From assembly GCA_965233125.1 (NCBI GenBank), contig CBDDRQ010000222.1:7806-71805 (forward strand): a stretch of DNA of 64,000 nucleotides. Direction: 5' to 3'. This DNA is from an uncultured bacterium (GTDB lineage: Bacteria; Pseudomonadota; Gammaproteobacteria; Burkholderiales; SG8-39). The stretch's first letter is position 1, and each line of letters opens with the position of its first letter. Of this stretch, positions 45,816 through 54,688 are shown piece by piece. The position numbers and the translations under genes are program-made. The notes below the pieces were generated by a model. That model ran no database searches. It worked only from the letters and a program-made list of their open reading frames with translations, and had not been told where the DNA came from.

Positions 45816-47486
45816 CTGGAGCTGCTCCTCAAGAACGCGGACACCGGGGAGCAGCGGCGCCTGCCCGGCGCGAACTTCCAGGTCGGGCGCGGCACGCAGT
45901 GCGAGCTGCACCTGCCCGACGCGCGCGTCGCGCTCGTGCACGCGCGCATCTCGCTCGGCGCGCAGGGCGCGGTGATGGAGGCGGTCGAGCAGAAGTTCGT
46001 GCACAACGACCGCGAGGTGGCGGGCGCGCAGCTCGCGGTGGGCGACTTCGTCGAGATCGGGCCGTTCCTGCTGAAGGTGGAGGAGCCGCCGCCGGAGATC
46101 CCCCTCGCGCTCTCGCTGCGCCTGTCCAAGCGCGTCTCGGGCAAGAGCGGCAGCGTGGTCTTCCGCGCGCTCACGCTCGCGCCGCGGCTTTCCAAGCGCC
46201 GGCTCTCCTACGCGGCGTTCTTCGGCACGCTGCTCGTCGCGCTCGTCGCGCCGATCGCCGCCGACCTGTGGGGCGACCGCGAGATGCCGCTCGCGGAGCC
46301 GGCGCGCACCCAGGTGCTCGAGGCGGTGCAGGCGATGACGGTGGGCCTCTCCCAGGCGTGGAACCCGGGCGAGCTCTCGCGCGGGCACCAGAACTTCGCC
46401 CACGACTGCCGCGCCTGCCACCAGGAGCCCTTCGTGCAGGTGAAGGACGGCGCCTGCATGGCCTGCCACGGCGGCGTGCGCGAGCACGTGGCAAGAGCGA
46501 AGCTCGCCGGGCCGATGGCGCACACCCTCGCCGAGACGCGCTGCGCCGAGTGCCACCGCGACCACAAGGGCCGCGCCATGGCGCCGCAGTCGCAGGACCT
46601 GTGCGCGAGCTGCCACGCCGACGTGCGCCACGCCGGCGTGCTGGCCGCCTCGCACAACGTCTCGGACTTCGCCACCAACCACCCGCCGTTCCGGCTCTCG
46701 CTCGTCGACGCCGGCAAGCCCAAGGAAATCCGCCGCGTGCGCCAGCGCGACCCGCAGGCGAAGCTCGAGGAGCGCTCGGGGCTCAAGTTCAACCACGTGC
46801 TGCATCTCGATCCTGCGGGCGTACGCCACCCCGACGCCAGGAAAAGAAAAACGCTCGAATGCGCGAGCTGCCACGCGGTCGACCCCGAAGGCATCGGCAT
46901 GAAGCCGATCGAGATGGAGAAGCACTGCAGCGCCTGCCACACCCTCGCCTTCGAGCCCGCGGTGACGAGCCGCGAGGCGCCGCACGCGCCGCTCGCCGAG
47001 GTGGAGCGCACGCTGCGCGAGTTCTACGCGCGCCTGGTGCTGGGCGACGTGCCCGCGGGCGTCACCCCGCCGCGCGGCCTGCCGCGCCTTCGCCCCGGCG
47101 CGACCCCCACGCCCGAGGAGCGCCGCGCCGCGATGCGCATCGCCGACGAGAAGGCGCGCCGGGCGTTGAGGGAGTTGGTCGAGACCAGGAAGGTATGCAC
47201 CACATGTCATTACACAGAAAAGACAAAAGGGAGAGTTGAAATTGCACCTGTGTCGATGACCCAGAACTGGATGCCCCAGGCGCTCTTCCGCCACGACCGG
47301 CACGCGACGCAGACCTGCACGAGCTGCCACGAGGTGCGCAGCTCGCGCGTGGCCTCCGACGTGGCGATGCCCGAGATCGGCCGCTGCCGCGACTGCCACG
47401 GCGGCGCGCAGGCGAAGGCGGCGAGGGTCGCCTCCGACTGCGCCACCTGCCACGTTTTCCACGGCGGCAAGGCCCCGTGGCGATGA
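45816..47486 (+). CDS. Membrane-anchored decahaem cytochrome c with N-terminal FHA-like domain (start codon unresolved)
   Basis: Ten CXXCH motifs (CRACH, CMACH, CAECH, CASCH, CASCH, CSACH, CTTCH, CTSCH, CRDCH, CATCH). One TM helix (YAAFFGTLLVALVAPIAA). FHA-like FQVGRGTQCELHLPD...HARISL...GDFVEIGPFLL lies upstream of the first ATG/GTG/TTG (45936). Confidence 0.7.
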   Translation: MELLLKNADTGEQRRLPGANFQVGRGTQCELHLPDARVALVHARISLGAQGAVMEAVEQKFVHNDREVAGAQLAVGDFVEIGPFLLKVEEPPPEIPLALSLRLSKRVSGKSGSVVFRALTLAPRLSKRRLSYAAFFGTLLVALVAPIAADLWGDREMPLAEPARTQVLEAVQAMTVGLSQAWNPGELSRGHQNFAHDCRACHQEPFVQVKDGACMACHGGVREHVARAKLAGPMAHTLAETRCAECHRDHKGRAMAPQSQDLCASCHADVRHAGVLAASHNVSDFATNHPPFRLSLVDAGKPKEIRRVRQRDPQAKLEERSGLKFNHVLHLDPAGVRHPDARKRKTLECASCHAVDPEGIGMKPIEMEKHCSACHTLAFEPAVTSREAPHAPLAEVERTLREFYARLVLGDVPAGVTPPRGLPRLRPGATPTPEERRAAMRIADEKARRALRELVETRKVCTTCHYTEKTKGRVEIAPVSMTQNWMPQALFRHDRHATQTCTSCHEVRSSRVASDVAMPEIGRCRDCHGGAQAKAARVASDCATCHVFHGGKAPWR

Positions 47487-49288
47487 GGCGGGCGCTGCTG
47501 CTGATCGCAGTCTTTCTTTCGGGTTGCGGTGGAGGCGGAGGGGAGGGCGACCAGAGCGGATGCAGGGGGGATTGCGCAGTTTCGGTTTCTCTATCTGTTT
47601 TAGAAGTTGAACAGGTAGTTCGACAAGCGGTCCACGAAGCGCAAGCGCGAGGGGCGCCGGCGACGATCGCGGTGACCGACCGCGTCGGCAACGTGCTCGC
47701 GGTGTTCCGCATGACCGGCGCTTCGCCCACGGCGACGGTGAGCTCGAACCGCGGCGTCACCGGCGGGCTCGAGGCGGCGGTGGTGCCCGACGAGCTCGCG
47801 GCGATCGCCAAGGCGATGACCGGCGCCTACCTCTCCTCGGAGGGCAACGCCTTCAGCACGCGCACCGCGAGCCAGATCGTGCAGGAGAACTTCAACCCCG
47901 GCGAGACCAACGCGCCGGGCGGGCCGCTCTTCGGCGTGCAGTTCTCTTCCCTCACCTGCTCGGACGTGGTGAACGTCTCCGCGGCCGTGGTCGCCGGGCC
48001 GAAGGGCTCGCCGCTCGGCCTCGCCGCCGACCCGGGCGGGCTGCCGCTCTACAAGTCGGGCACGGTGGTGGGCGGCGTGGGCGTGATGTCGGACGGCGCC
48101 TACGGCCTCGACGCGAACGTGCTGGATGTCGACCAGGACGCGGACGAGCTCGTCGCGGTGGCGGGCGCGCGCGGGTTCGACGCGCCGGCGAACCGCCGCG
48201 CCGAGCGCATCACCGCCGACGGGCGGAGCTTCCGCTTCGTCGACAGCGAGCTCCTCGTCAGCGACCCGGCGGCGGCGCCGGCCTTCGCGGTGCTGCCCGG
48301 CGTGCTCGTCGACGTGCCGGGGTTCTTCAGCCCGGCGGCGGTGCGCGCGGGCACGGCGTACGGCACGCCGGCCTCGGGCTACCGGGCGGACGCGAGCGCG
48401 GCCTTCGCGGGCCTGGGCGTGTTCGTGCTCGACGACGGCGGCGGCACGGCGCGCTTCCCGCCGCTCGCCGGCACCGACGGCCTGCTCGCGCAGAATGAAG
48501 TGCAGACGATCCTCGCCGAGGCGATGAAGGTGGCGAACCGCACGCGCGGGCAGATCCGCCAGCCGCTCGGCTCGGTCGCGCAGGTGAGCGTCGCGGTGGT
48601 CGACACCACCGGCGCCATCCTCGGCCTGGTGCGCAGCCGCGACGCGCCGGTGTTCGGCACCGACGTGGCGGTGCAGAAGGCGCGCGGCGCGCTCGTCTTC
48701 TCGCACCCGAACAGCGCCACCGACCTCGCCGCGCTCGCCGCCGCCGCGCCCTACGCCGCGGCGATGCAGGCGCTCATCCCCGGCGCGCTCTCGGACGGCA
48801 CCGCGTACTCGAGCCGCTCGATGGGCAACCTCGCGCGCCCGTTCCTCCCCGACGGCATCAACGGCAACGGCCCCGGGCCGCTCTCGAAGCCCTTCGCGCA
48901 GTGGAGCCCGTTCTCCACCGGCCTGCAGCTCGACCTCGTCGCCGCGCGCCTGGTCGCCAACCTGCCGGTCCCCGCCGCCGGCGCCTGCACTGGCCTCGCG
49001 CGCGCGGCGAACGGCATCCAGATCTTCCCCGGCGGCTTTCCCATCTTCCGCGCTAGCGCGCTGGTGGGCGCGATCGGCGTCTCCGGCGACGGCGTCGACC
49101 AGGACGACCTCGTCGGCTTCCTCGGCCTCGCCAACGCCGGCGCCGCCCTCGGCTCCGGCGTCGGCAACGCCCCCGCCGCCGTGCGCTCGAGCAACATCGC
49201 CGTCCCCGGCGGCAACCTGCGCTACGCCGGCTGCCCCGTCGCCCCCTTCCTCGATTCGACCGTCAGTGATGCCTGCACCGGCCTCTGA
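47483..49288 (+). CDS. Lipoprotein with two GlcG/HbpS (DUF336) haem-binding-like domains
   Basis: ATGA overlap with the upstream stop. Lipobox LSGC. IAVTDRVGNVLAVFRM...GGLPLYKSGTVVGGVGVMSDG, then VAVVDTTGAILGLVRS...FPGGFPIF...LVGAIGVSGDGVDQDD. Confidence 0.7.
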   Translation: MRRALLLIAVFLSGCGGGGGEGDQSGCRGDCAVSVSLSVLEVEQVVRQAVHEAQARGAPATIAVTDRVGNVLAVFRMTGASPTATVSSNRGVTGGLEAAVVPDELAAIAKAMTGAYLSSEGNAFSTRTASQIVQENFNPGETNAPGGPLFGVQFSSLTCSDVVNVSAAVVAGPKGSPLGLAADPGGLPLYKSGTVVGGVGVMSDGAYGLDANVLDVDQDADELVAVAGARGFDAPANRRAERITADGRSFRFVDSELLVSDPAAAPAFAVLPGVLVDVPGFFSPAAVRAGTAYGTPASGYRADASAAFAGLGVFVLDDGGGTARFPPLAGTDGLLAQNEVQTILAEAMKVANRTRGQIRQPLGSVAQVSVAVVDTTGAILGLVRSRDAPVFGTDVAVQKARGALVFSHPNSATDLAALAAAAPYAAAMQALIPGALSDGTAYSSRSMGNLARPFLPDGINGNGPGPLSKPFAQWSPFSTGLQLDLVAARLVANLPVPAAGACTGLARAANGIQIFPGGFPIFRASALVGAIGVSGDGVDQDDLVGFLGLANAGAALGSGVGNAPAAVRSSNIAVPGGNLRYAGCPVAPFLDSTVSDACTGL

Positions 49289-49370
49289 AAATCGGGGTCA
49301 GAGCCCGATTTCCTCGCGGGCACCGCTTGGCCTCGCACTTTCCGGAAATCGGGCTCTGACCCCGATTTTC
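49287..49370. repeat. REP/MITE-like element with a 27-nt perfect inverted repeat
   Basis: 49287-49313 gaaaatcggggtcagagcccgatttcc is the reverse complement of 49344-49370, with a 30-nt spacer. Overlaps the TGA stop of the DUF336 gene. Confidence 0.85.
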
Positions 49371-49373
49371 TTG

Positions 49374-51077
49374 ATGGTCTTTTTCTTCGGAAATGCTTTC
49401 TCACAGGAAAGCGTGGAACGAAGAAGGCCCGGAATCGAGCCGACGCCGCAGGTGGAGCGCGAGGCGCCGGCGCCGAGGCCGCCGCTGGTGGAGCGAGAGT
49501 CGCTGCCCGTCGACGACCGCTGGCGCATCATGAAGTCGCTCGAATTGCTGCCCTACCGGCGCTTCGATCCCTACAACCCGAACGTGCTGAAGGGCGACCT
49601 GCCGCTCGAGAGCGGCGCGTTCGCGGGCTGGTTCCTCAACCTCACCGCGGTCTCCGACACGGTGCTGGAGTTCCGCCGCCTGCCCACGCCCGCGGGCGTG
49701 CAGGCGACGCAGACGCCGACGCCGGGGCCGTTCGCGGCCGGGCGGCAGGCGACGCTCTCGGAGAACCTGATCCTCAGCCTCGCGCTCATCAAGGGCGACA
49801 CGGTGTTCCGCCCGCCCGACTACGAGCTGCGCATCGTGCCGGTGGTGAACCTCAACCGCTCGGAGGCCGAGGACCGGCGCGTGCTGCAGGCCGACCCCAA
49901 CCAGGGCCGCGCGCGCAACGACAGCTTCGTCGGCATCCAGGAGCTCTTCGTCGACAAGCACCTGCGCGACGTCTCGGCGAACTACGACTTCGACAGCCTG
50001 CGCGTGGGCGTGCAGCCCTTCAACGCCGACTTCCGCGGGTTCCTGTTCATCGACCAGCCCTTCGGCGTGCGCGTGTTCGGCACGCGCGAGGCGAACCGCT
50101 GGCAGTACAACGCCGCGTGGTTCCGGCGCCTCGAGAAGGACACCAACAGCGGCTTGAACGACATCGGCGAGCGCCTGCGCGCCGACGACGTCTACGCCTT
50201 CAACCTCTACCGCCAGGACTGGCCGGTGCTGGGCTTCACCACGCAGGGCATCGTGCTCCACAACCGCAACCGCGAGGGCGGGCGCGGGCAGTTCCTGAAC
50301 GAGAACCGCTTCGTCGAGCGCCCGGCGGTGTTCGGCAGCGGCCGGCCGCGCAAGTACGACGTCACCTACCTCGGCGGCAGCGGCGACGGGCACTTCGGCC
50401 GCTGGAACCTCTCGGCCACCGCCTACCACGCCTTCGGCGAGGAGGAGCGCGGCCAGCTCTCCGGGCGCGCCGAGCGCATCACCGCGTGGTTCGGCGCCGC
50501 CGAGCTCTCGCGCGACTTCGACTGGATGCGCCTGCGCGCGCACGGCGCCTACGCCTCGGGCGACCGCGACCCCTTCGACGGCGACGCCGAAGGCTTCGAC
50601 GCGGTGCTCGAGAACCCGGCCTTCGCCGGCGCCGACACCAGTTACTGGATCCGCCAGTCGGTGCCGCTCATCGGCGGCGGCGGCGTCGCGCTCGCGATCC
50701 GCAACGGCATGCTCGCGTCGCTGCGCACCTCGCGCGAGCACGGGCAGTCGAACTTCACCAACCCGGGCCTGCGCCTCGTCGGCGTCGGCGCCGACTTCGA
50801 CCTCGCGCCGGAGCTTCGCCTCATCGCCAACTTCAACCACATCGCCCTCGACAACCTCTCCTCGCTCGCCGCGCTGAGGAACCAGCGGCTCACGAGCGGC
50901 GACATCGGCTGGGACCTCTCGGCCGGCGTCCAGTACCGGCCGTTCTTCACCCAGAATGTGGTGGTGGACGCCTCCCTCGCCGTCCTCTTCGCCGAGGACG
51001 GCCTGCGCGCGCTCTACGGCGATGCGGTCGGCAGGAAGCAGTATTCGGCGCTTCTGAATATGGTGTTGACGTTTTGA
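49374..51077 (+). CDS. Putative outer-membrane beta-barrel protein
   Basis: 567 aa with many alternating-hydrophobic strands and a C-terminal ...ALLNMVLTF (terminal Phe). The N-terminal signal peptide is very short (MVFFFGNAFSQE) if the ATG at 49374 is used. Confidence 0.6.
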   Translation: MVFFFGNAFSQESVERRRPGIEPTPQVEREAPAPRPPLVERESLPVDDRWRIMKSLELLPYRRFDPYNPNVLKGDLPLESGAFAGWFLNLTAVSDTVLEFRRLPTPAGVQATQTPTPGPFAAGRQATLSENLILSLALIKGDTVFRPPDYELRIVPVVNLNRSEAEDRRVLQADPNQGRARNDSFVGIQELFVDKHLRDVSANYDFDSLRVGVQPFNADFRGFLFIDQPFGVRVFGTREANRWQYNAAWFRRLEKDTNSGLNDIGERLRADDVYAFNLYRQDWPVLGFTTQGIVLHNRNREGGRGQFLNENRFVERPAVFGSGRPRKYDVTYLGGSGDGHFGRWNLSATAYHAFGEEERGQLSGRAERITAWFGAAELSRDFDWMRLRAHGAYASGDRDPFDGDAEGFDAVLENPAFAGADTSYWIRQSVPLIGGGGVALAIRNGMLASLRTSREHGQSNFTNPGLRLVGVGADFDLAPELRLIANFNHIALDNLSSLAALRNQRLTSGDIGWDLSAGVQYRPFFTQNVVVDASLAVLFAEDGLRALYGDAVGRKQYSALLNMVLTF

Positions 51078-54000
51078 TAAAAAAGATAAAAACCATTTTG
51101 CTTGGAATGTGCCTCTCTGCTTCTTCGTGGGCGGATTGCACTTCCTGCCACACCGCAACCGACCGGGCGACGATGCACGCGAACCCGGCGGTGTCGATCG
51201 CGTGCACCGGCTGCCACGGCGGCGACGAGAGCGTGAAGCGGCCGGCGGGAAGCGAGTACCGAGGCGAGAAGGGGGCGGAGTATTTCGAGGCGATGTACAG
51301 GGCGCACGTGCAGCCGCGCCATCCGCGCGAGTGGGGCTGGCCGGCGGCGGCGAACCCGGAGCGCTCCTACACGCTGCTCAACCGCGAGCGCCCGGGGTTC
51401 GTGCGCTTCATGAACCCGGGCGACTACCGCGTGGCGCGCGAGACGTGCGGAAAGTGCCACATGGACATCGTGCAGGCCGCCGAGCGCAGCCTGATGGCCA
51501 CCGGCGCCATGTTCTGGAACGGCGCCGCCTACAACAACGGCATGCTGCCCTTCAAGCGCGGGGTGCTGGGCGAGTCCTATACGCGGGACGGGCGGCCGGC
51601 GGCGGTGCGCGGGCCCGCGGGAGCTGATCCGGCGCGCGGCATCCTCGCCGAGCTCTGGCCGCTGCCGGCGTGGGAGACGGTGCCGCCGGCGGACGTCTTC
51701 CGCGTCTTCGAGCGCGGCGGGCGGGTGATCAGCAGCATCTTTCCGGAGGTGGGGCTACCCAACCCCACCGGGCGGCTGCAGACGCTGGACGAGCCCGGCC
51801 GTCCCGACATCCGCCAGTCGAACCGCGGCCCGGGCACCGGCGCGCGCATCGCGGTGCCGCTCATCAACATCGCGAAGACGCGCCTCAACGACCCGATGAT
51901 GTGGTTCCTGGGCACGAACGACCACCCGGGCGACTACCGCTCCTCGGGCTGCACCTCGTGCCACGTGGTGTACGCGAACGACCGGGAGCCCGCGCATTCC
52001 GGGCCGTACGCGAAGCACGGCCACGAGGGAAAGAGCGTAAGCGCCGACCCGACCATCCCGAAGGACCGCCCCGGGCATCCCATCAAGCACGAGCTCACGC
52101 GCGCCATTCCTTCAGCGCAGTGCATGGTGTGCCACATGCACCAGCCCAACGTGTTCGTGAACAGCTTCTACGGCACGACGATGTGGGACTACGAGGCCGA
52201 CGCGCCGTCGATGTGGCCCAAGCAACAGCGCTACCCGAGCGCCGAGGAGCGCCGGCGCATCAACGACCGCAACCCCGAGTCGGCGGCGGCGCTGGGCAAC
52301 TGGGGGAACGTGAGCTTCCTCAAGGACGTGTGGATGCTCAACCCGAAGCTGAAAGACACGCAGTTCTCCGACTACCACGGCCACGGCTGGAACTTCCGCG
52401 CCGTGTTCAAGCGCGACCGCAAGGGCACGCTGCTCGACGCCGAGGACAAGCCGGTCGCCGACGACGACCCGGCGAAGTTCAAGAAGGCGGTGCACCTGAA
52501 GTCGATCCACCTGGAGAAGGGCATGCACTGCGTCGACTGCCACTTCTCGCGCGACGCGCACGGCACGGGCGAGCTCCACCAGGAGGTGGCCGCGGCGATC
52601 GAGGTGGAGTGCGCCGACTGCCACGGCACCGCCGACCGCTACCCGCGTCTTCGCACCACCGGGCCGGCGGCGCCCACGGGCGGCACCGACCTCTCGCTCG
52701 CGCGCACGCCCGACGGGCGCCGGCGCTTCGAGTGGCAGGGGAGCGTGCTCTACCAGCGCTCGATGGTGACCCCGGGCCTCGAATGGCGCGTCTCGCTCGT
52801 CAAGGACAGCGTCGACCCGAAGCACGGCGAGTACAACGCAAGATCGGCGCGCGCGAAGCTCGTGGCGCGCGGGATCTTCGACAACTACAAGCAGAGCTTC
52901 GGCACCTCGGTGCCGGCGTCCGAGCGCGCGCACCGCGACGACGAGATGGCGTGCTACAGCTGCCATTCGTCGTGGGCGACGAGCTGCTCGGGCTGCCACC
53001 TGCCGATCGAGGCGAACTGGAAGACCGAGCGGCTGCACTACGAGGGCGGCGAGACGCGCAACTTCGCCACCTACAACCCGCAGGTCGCGCGCTCGGACGC
53101 CTACCAGCTCGGCCGCCACGGCAGCGTGAAGAAGAACCGCATCGCGCCGGTGCGCTCGTCCTCGGCGCTGGTGCTCTCCTCCACCAACGCCAACCGCGAG
53201 CGCATCTACGTGCAGCAGCCGCCGACCGCGGCGAGCGGCTACTCCAGCCAGGCGTTCGCGCCGCACTACCCGCACACCGAGAGGAAGACCGAGACCAAGG
53301 GCTGCGCCGACTGCCACGTCTCGGCGGCGAACGACAACAACGCCATCATGGCGCAGCTCCTGCTGCACGGCACCGGGTTCGTCAACTTCGTGGGCCTCAA
53401 CGCCTGGGTGGGCGAGGAGCGCCACGTCGAGGCGGTGCAGGTCACCGAGTGGGAAGAGCCGCAGGCGGTGATCGGCTCCTACCTGCACCGCCACGCGTAT
53501 CCCGACTGGTACTCGGCGCATCAGCAAAGAAAGCAACGACTTCCGGAAGCGCACGATCGCGCTACCGGCGGGGGCGTCGGCTGCCTGCAGCTCCGCGGCG
53601 AGTACCTGCACGTCGCCGAAGGCGCCGGCGGCTACCGGGTCTACGACGTCGCCTCGATCGCCAACAAGGGCGTCTCGCAGCGCATCGTCACCGCCCCCTT
53701 CTCCGCGCGCGGGCACGATGCGCACGTCGCGACCCCGGAAGCCACCTGCGTCGCGCTCCCGACCAACCAGCCCATCGCCCCTTTCAAGAACGCGGGCGAG
53801 CGCATGCGCAAGGACAACCAGGAGCAGCCCTTCCACCCCATCTACCGCTACGCCGCGATCACCGACGCGCGCGAGGGGCTGATCCTCGTCGACGTCGACA
53901 CCCTGCAAGACGGCGAGCCGCGCAACAACTTCCTGAAACGCGCGCTAACCTGGGACGGCGGCGGCGCCCTGAAGGGCGCCCGCCACGTCACGCTAGCCGG

Positions 54001-54688
54001 GCATTACGCCTATGTTTCTACGGATAAGGGGGTCGTGGTTGTAAACCTGGATGACCCCCTCAAGCCGAAGATTGCAAATACCCTTCACCTTCCGAACTCA
54101 AAAGCGACCGCGCTGCAGTTCCGCTACCTCTTCATCGTCGAGGGCATCGGCTTGCGCGTCGCCGATATCACCATTCCCGAAAGAATCAGGATTCTGGATG
54201 CAGAAATTCCGCTGACTGATGCCCATAAGGTCTACGTAGCGAGAACCTATGCTTACGTCGCGGCGGGGAAGCAGGGGCTGGCCATCGTCGACATCGAGAA
54301 CCCGGAGAAGCCCAAGCTGCATTCGCTCTTCGACGCGGGCGGGGCGCTTTCCGACGCGCGAGACGTGGTGGTGGGCTCGACCAACGCCTCGCTCTTCGCG
54401 TACGTCGCCGACGGCGCGAACGGGCTCAAGGTGATCCAGCTCACCGCGCCCGACACGCAGCCGAAGTTCTACGGCTTCAGTCCCGAGCCCAAGCCGCGGC
54501 TCATCGCGTGGCGCAAGACGCGAAGCCCGGCGCTCGCGCTGTCGCGGGGCCTCGAGCGCGACCGCGCGGTGGACGAGACCGGGCACCAGATGGCGGTGTT
54601 CGGGCGCGTCGGCTCCAGACCGTTCAACCTCGAAGAGCAGCGGCGTCTTTATCTCAAGCCCGATGGGACGCCGTGGGTGGTCAGGTGA
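51074..54688 (+). CDS. Secreted decahaem cytochrome c fused to a C-terminal LVIVD-repeat beta-propeller
   Basis: TTG start in a TTGA overlap. Signal peptide IKKIKTILLGMCLSASSWA. Ten CXXCH motifs (CTSCH, CTGCH, CGKCH, CTSCH, CMVCH, CVDCH, CADCH, CYSCH, CSGCH, CADCH). Last ~370 aa carry repeats such as YAYVSTDKGVVVVNLDDPLKP, YAYVAAGKQGLAIVDIENPEKP and FAYVADGANGLKVIQL. Confidence 0.75.
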   Translation: MIKKIKTILLGMCLSASSWADCTSCHTATDRATMHANPAVSIACTGCHGGDESVKRPAGSEYRGEKGAEYFEAMYRAHVQPRHPREWGWPAAANPERSYTLLNRERPGFVRFMNPGDYRVARETCGKCHMDIVQAAERSLMATGAMFWNGAAYNNGMLPFKRGVLGESYTRDGRPAAVRGPAGADPARGILAELWPLPAWETVPPADVFRVFERGGRVISSIFPEVGLPNPTGRLQTLDEPGRPDIRQSNRGPGTGARIAVPLINIAKTRLNDPMMWFLGTNDHPGDYRSSGCTSCHVVYANDREPAHSGPYAKHGHEGKSVSADPTIPKDRPGHPIKHELTRAIPSAQCMVCHMHQPNVFVNSFYGTTMWDYEADAPSMWPKQQRYPSAEERRRINDRNPESAAALGNWGNVSFLKDVWMLNPKLKDTQFSDYHGHGWNFRAVFKRDRKGTLLDAEDKPVADDDPAKFKKAVHLKSIHLEKGMHCVDCHFSRDAHGTGELHQEVAAAIEVECADCHGTADRYPRLRTTGPAAPTGGTDLSLARTPDGRRRFEWQGSVLYQRSMVTPGLEWRVSLVKDSVDPKHGEYNARSARAKLVARGIFDNYKQSFGTSVPASERAHRDDEMACYSCHSSWATSCSGCHLPIEANWKTERLHYEGGETRNFATYNPQVARSDAYQLGRHGSVKKNRIAPVRSSSALVLSSTNANRERIYVQQPPTAASGYSSQAFAPHYPHTERKTETKGCADCHVSAANDNNAIMAQLLLHGTGFVNFVGLNAWVGEERHVEAVQVTEWEEPQAVIGSYLHRHAYPDWYSAHQQRKQRLPEAHDRATGGGVGCLQLRGEYLHVAEGAGGYRVYDVASIANKGVSQRIVTAPFSARGHDAHVATPEATCVALPTNQPIAPFKNAGERMRKDNQEQPFHPIYRYAAITDAREGLILVDVDTLQDGEPRNNFLKRALTWDGGGALKGARHVTLAGHYAYVSTDKGVVVVNLDDPLKPKIANTLHLPNSKATALQFRYLFIVEGIGLRVADITIPERIRILDAEIPLTDAHKVYVARTYAYVAAGKQGLAIVDIENPEKPKLHSLFDAGGALSDARDVVVGSTNASLFAYVADGANGLKVIQLTAPDTQPKFYGFSPEPKPRLIAWRKTRSPALALSRGLERDRAVDETGHQMAVFGRVGSRPFNLEEQRRLYLKPDGTPWVVR

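Noticed and set aside
50117-51073. N-terminal 319-codon extension of the 1523-aa ORF that contains the LVIVD decahaem cytochrome.
   Set aside because: The extension overlaps the barrel gene in another frame and is Arg/Pro/Ala-rich nonsense. A signal peptide begins right at the TTG at 51074, which forms a TTGA overlap with the barrel stop.
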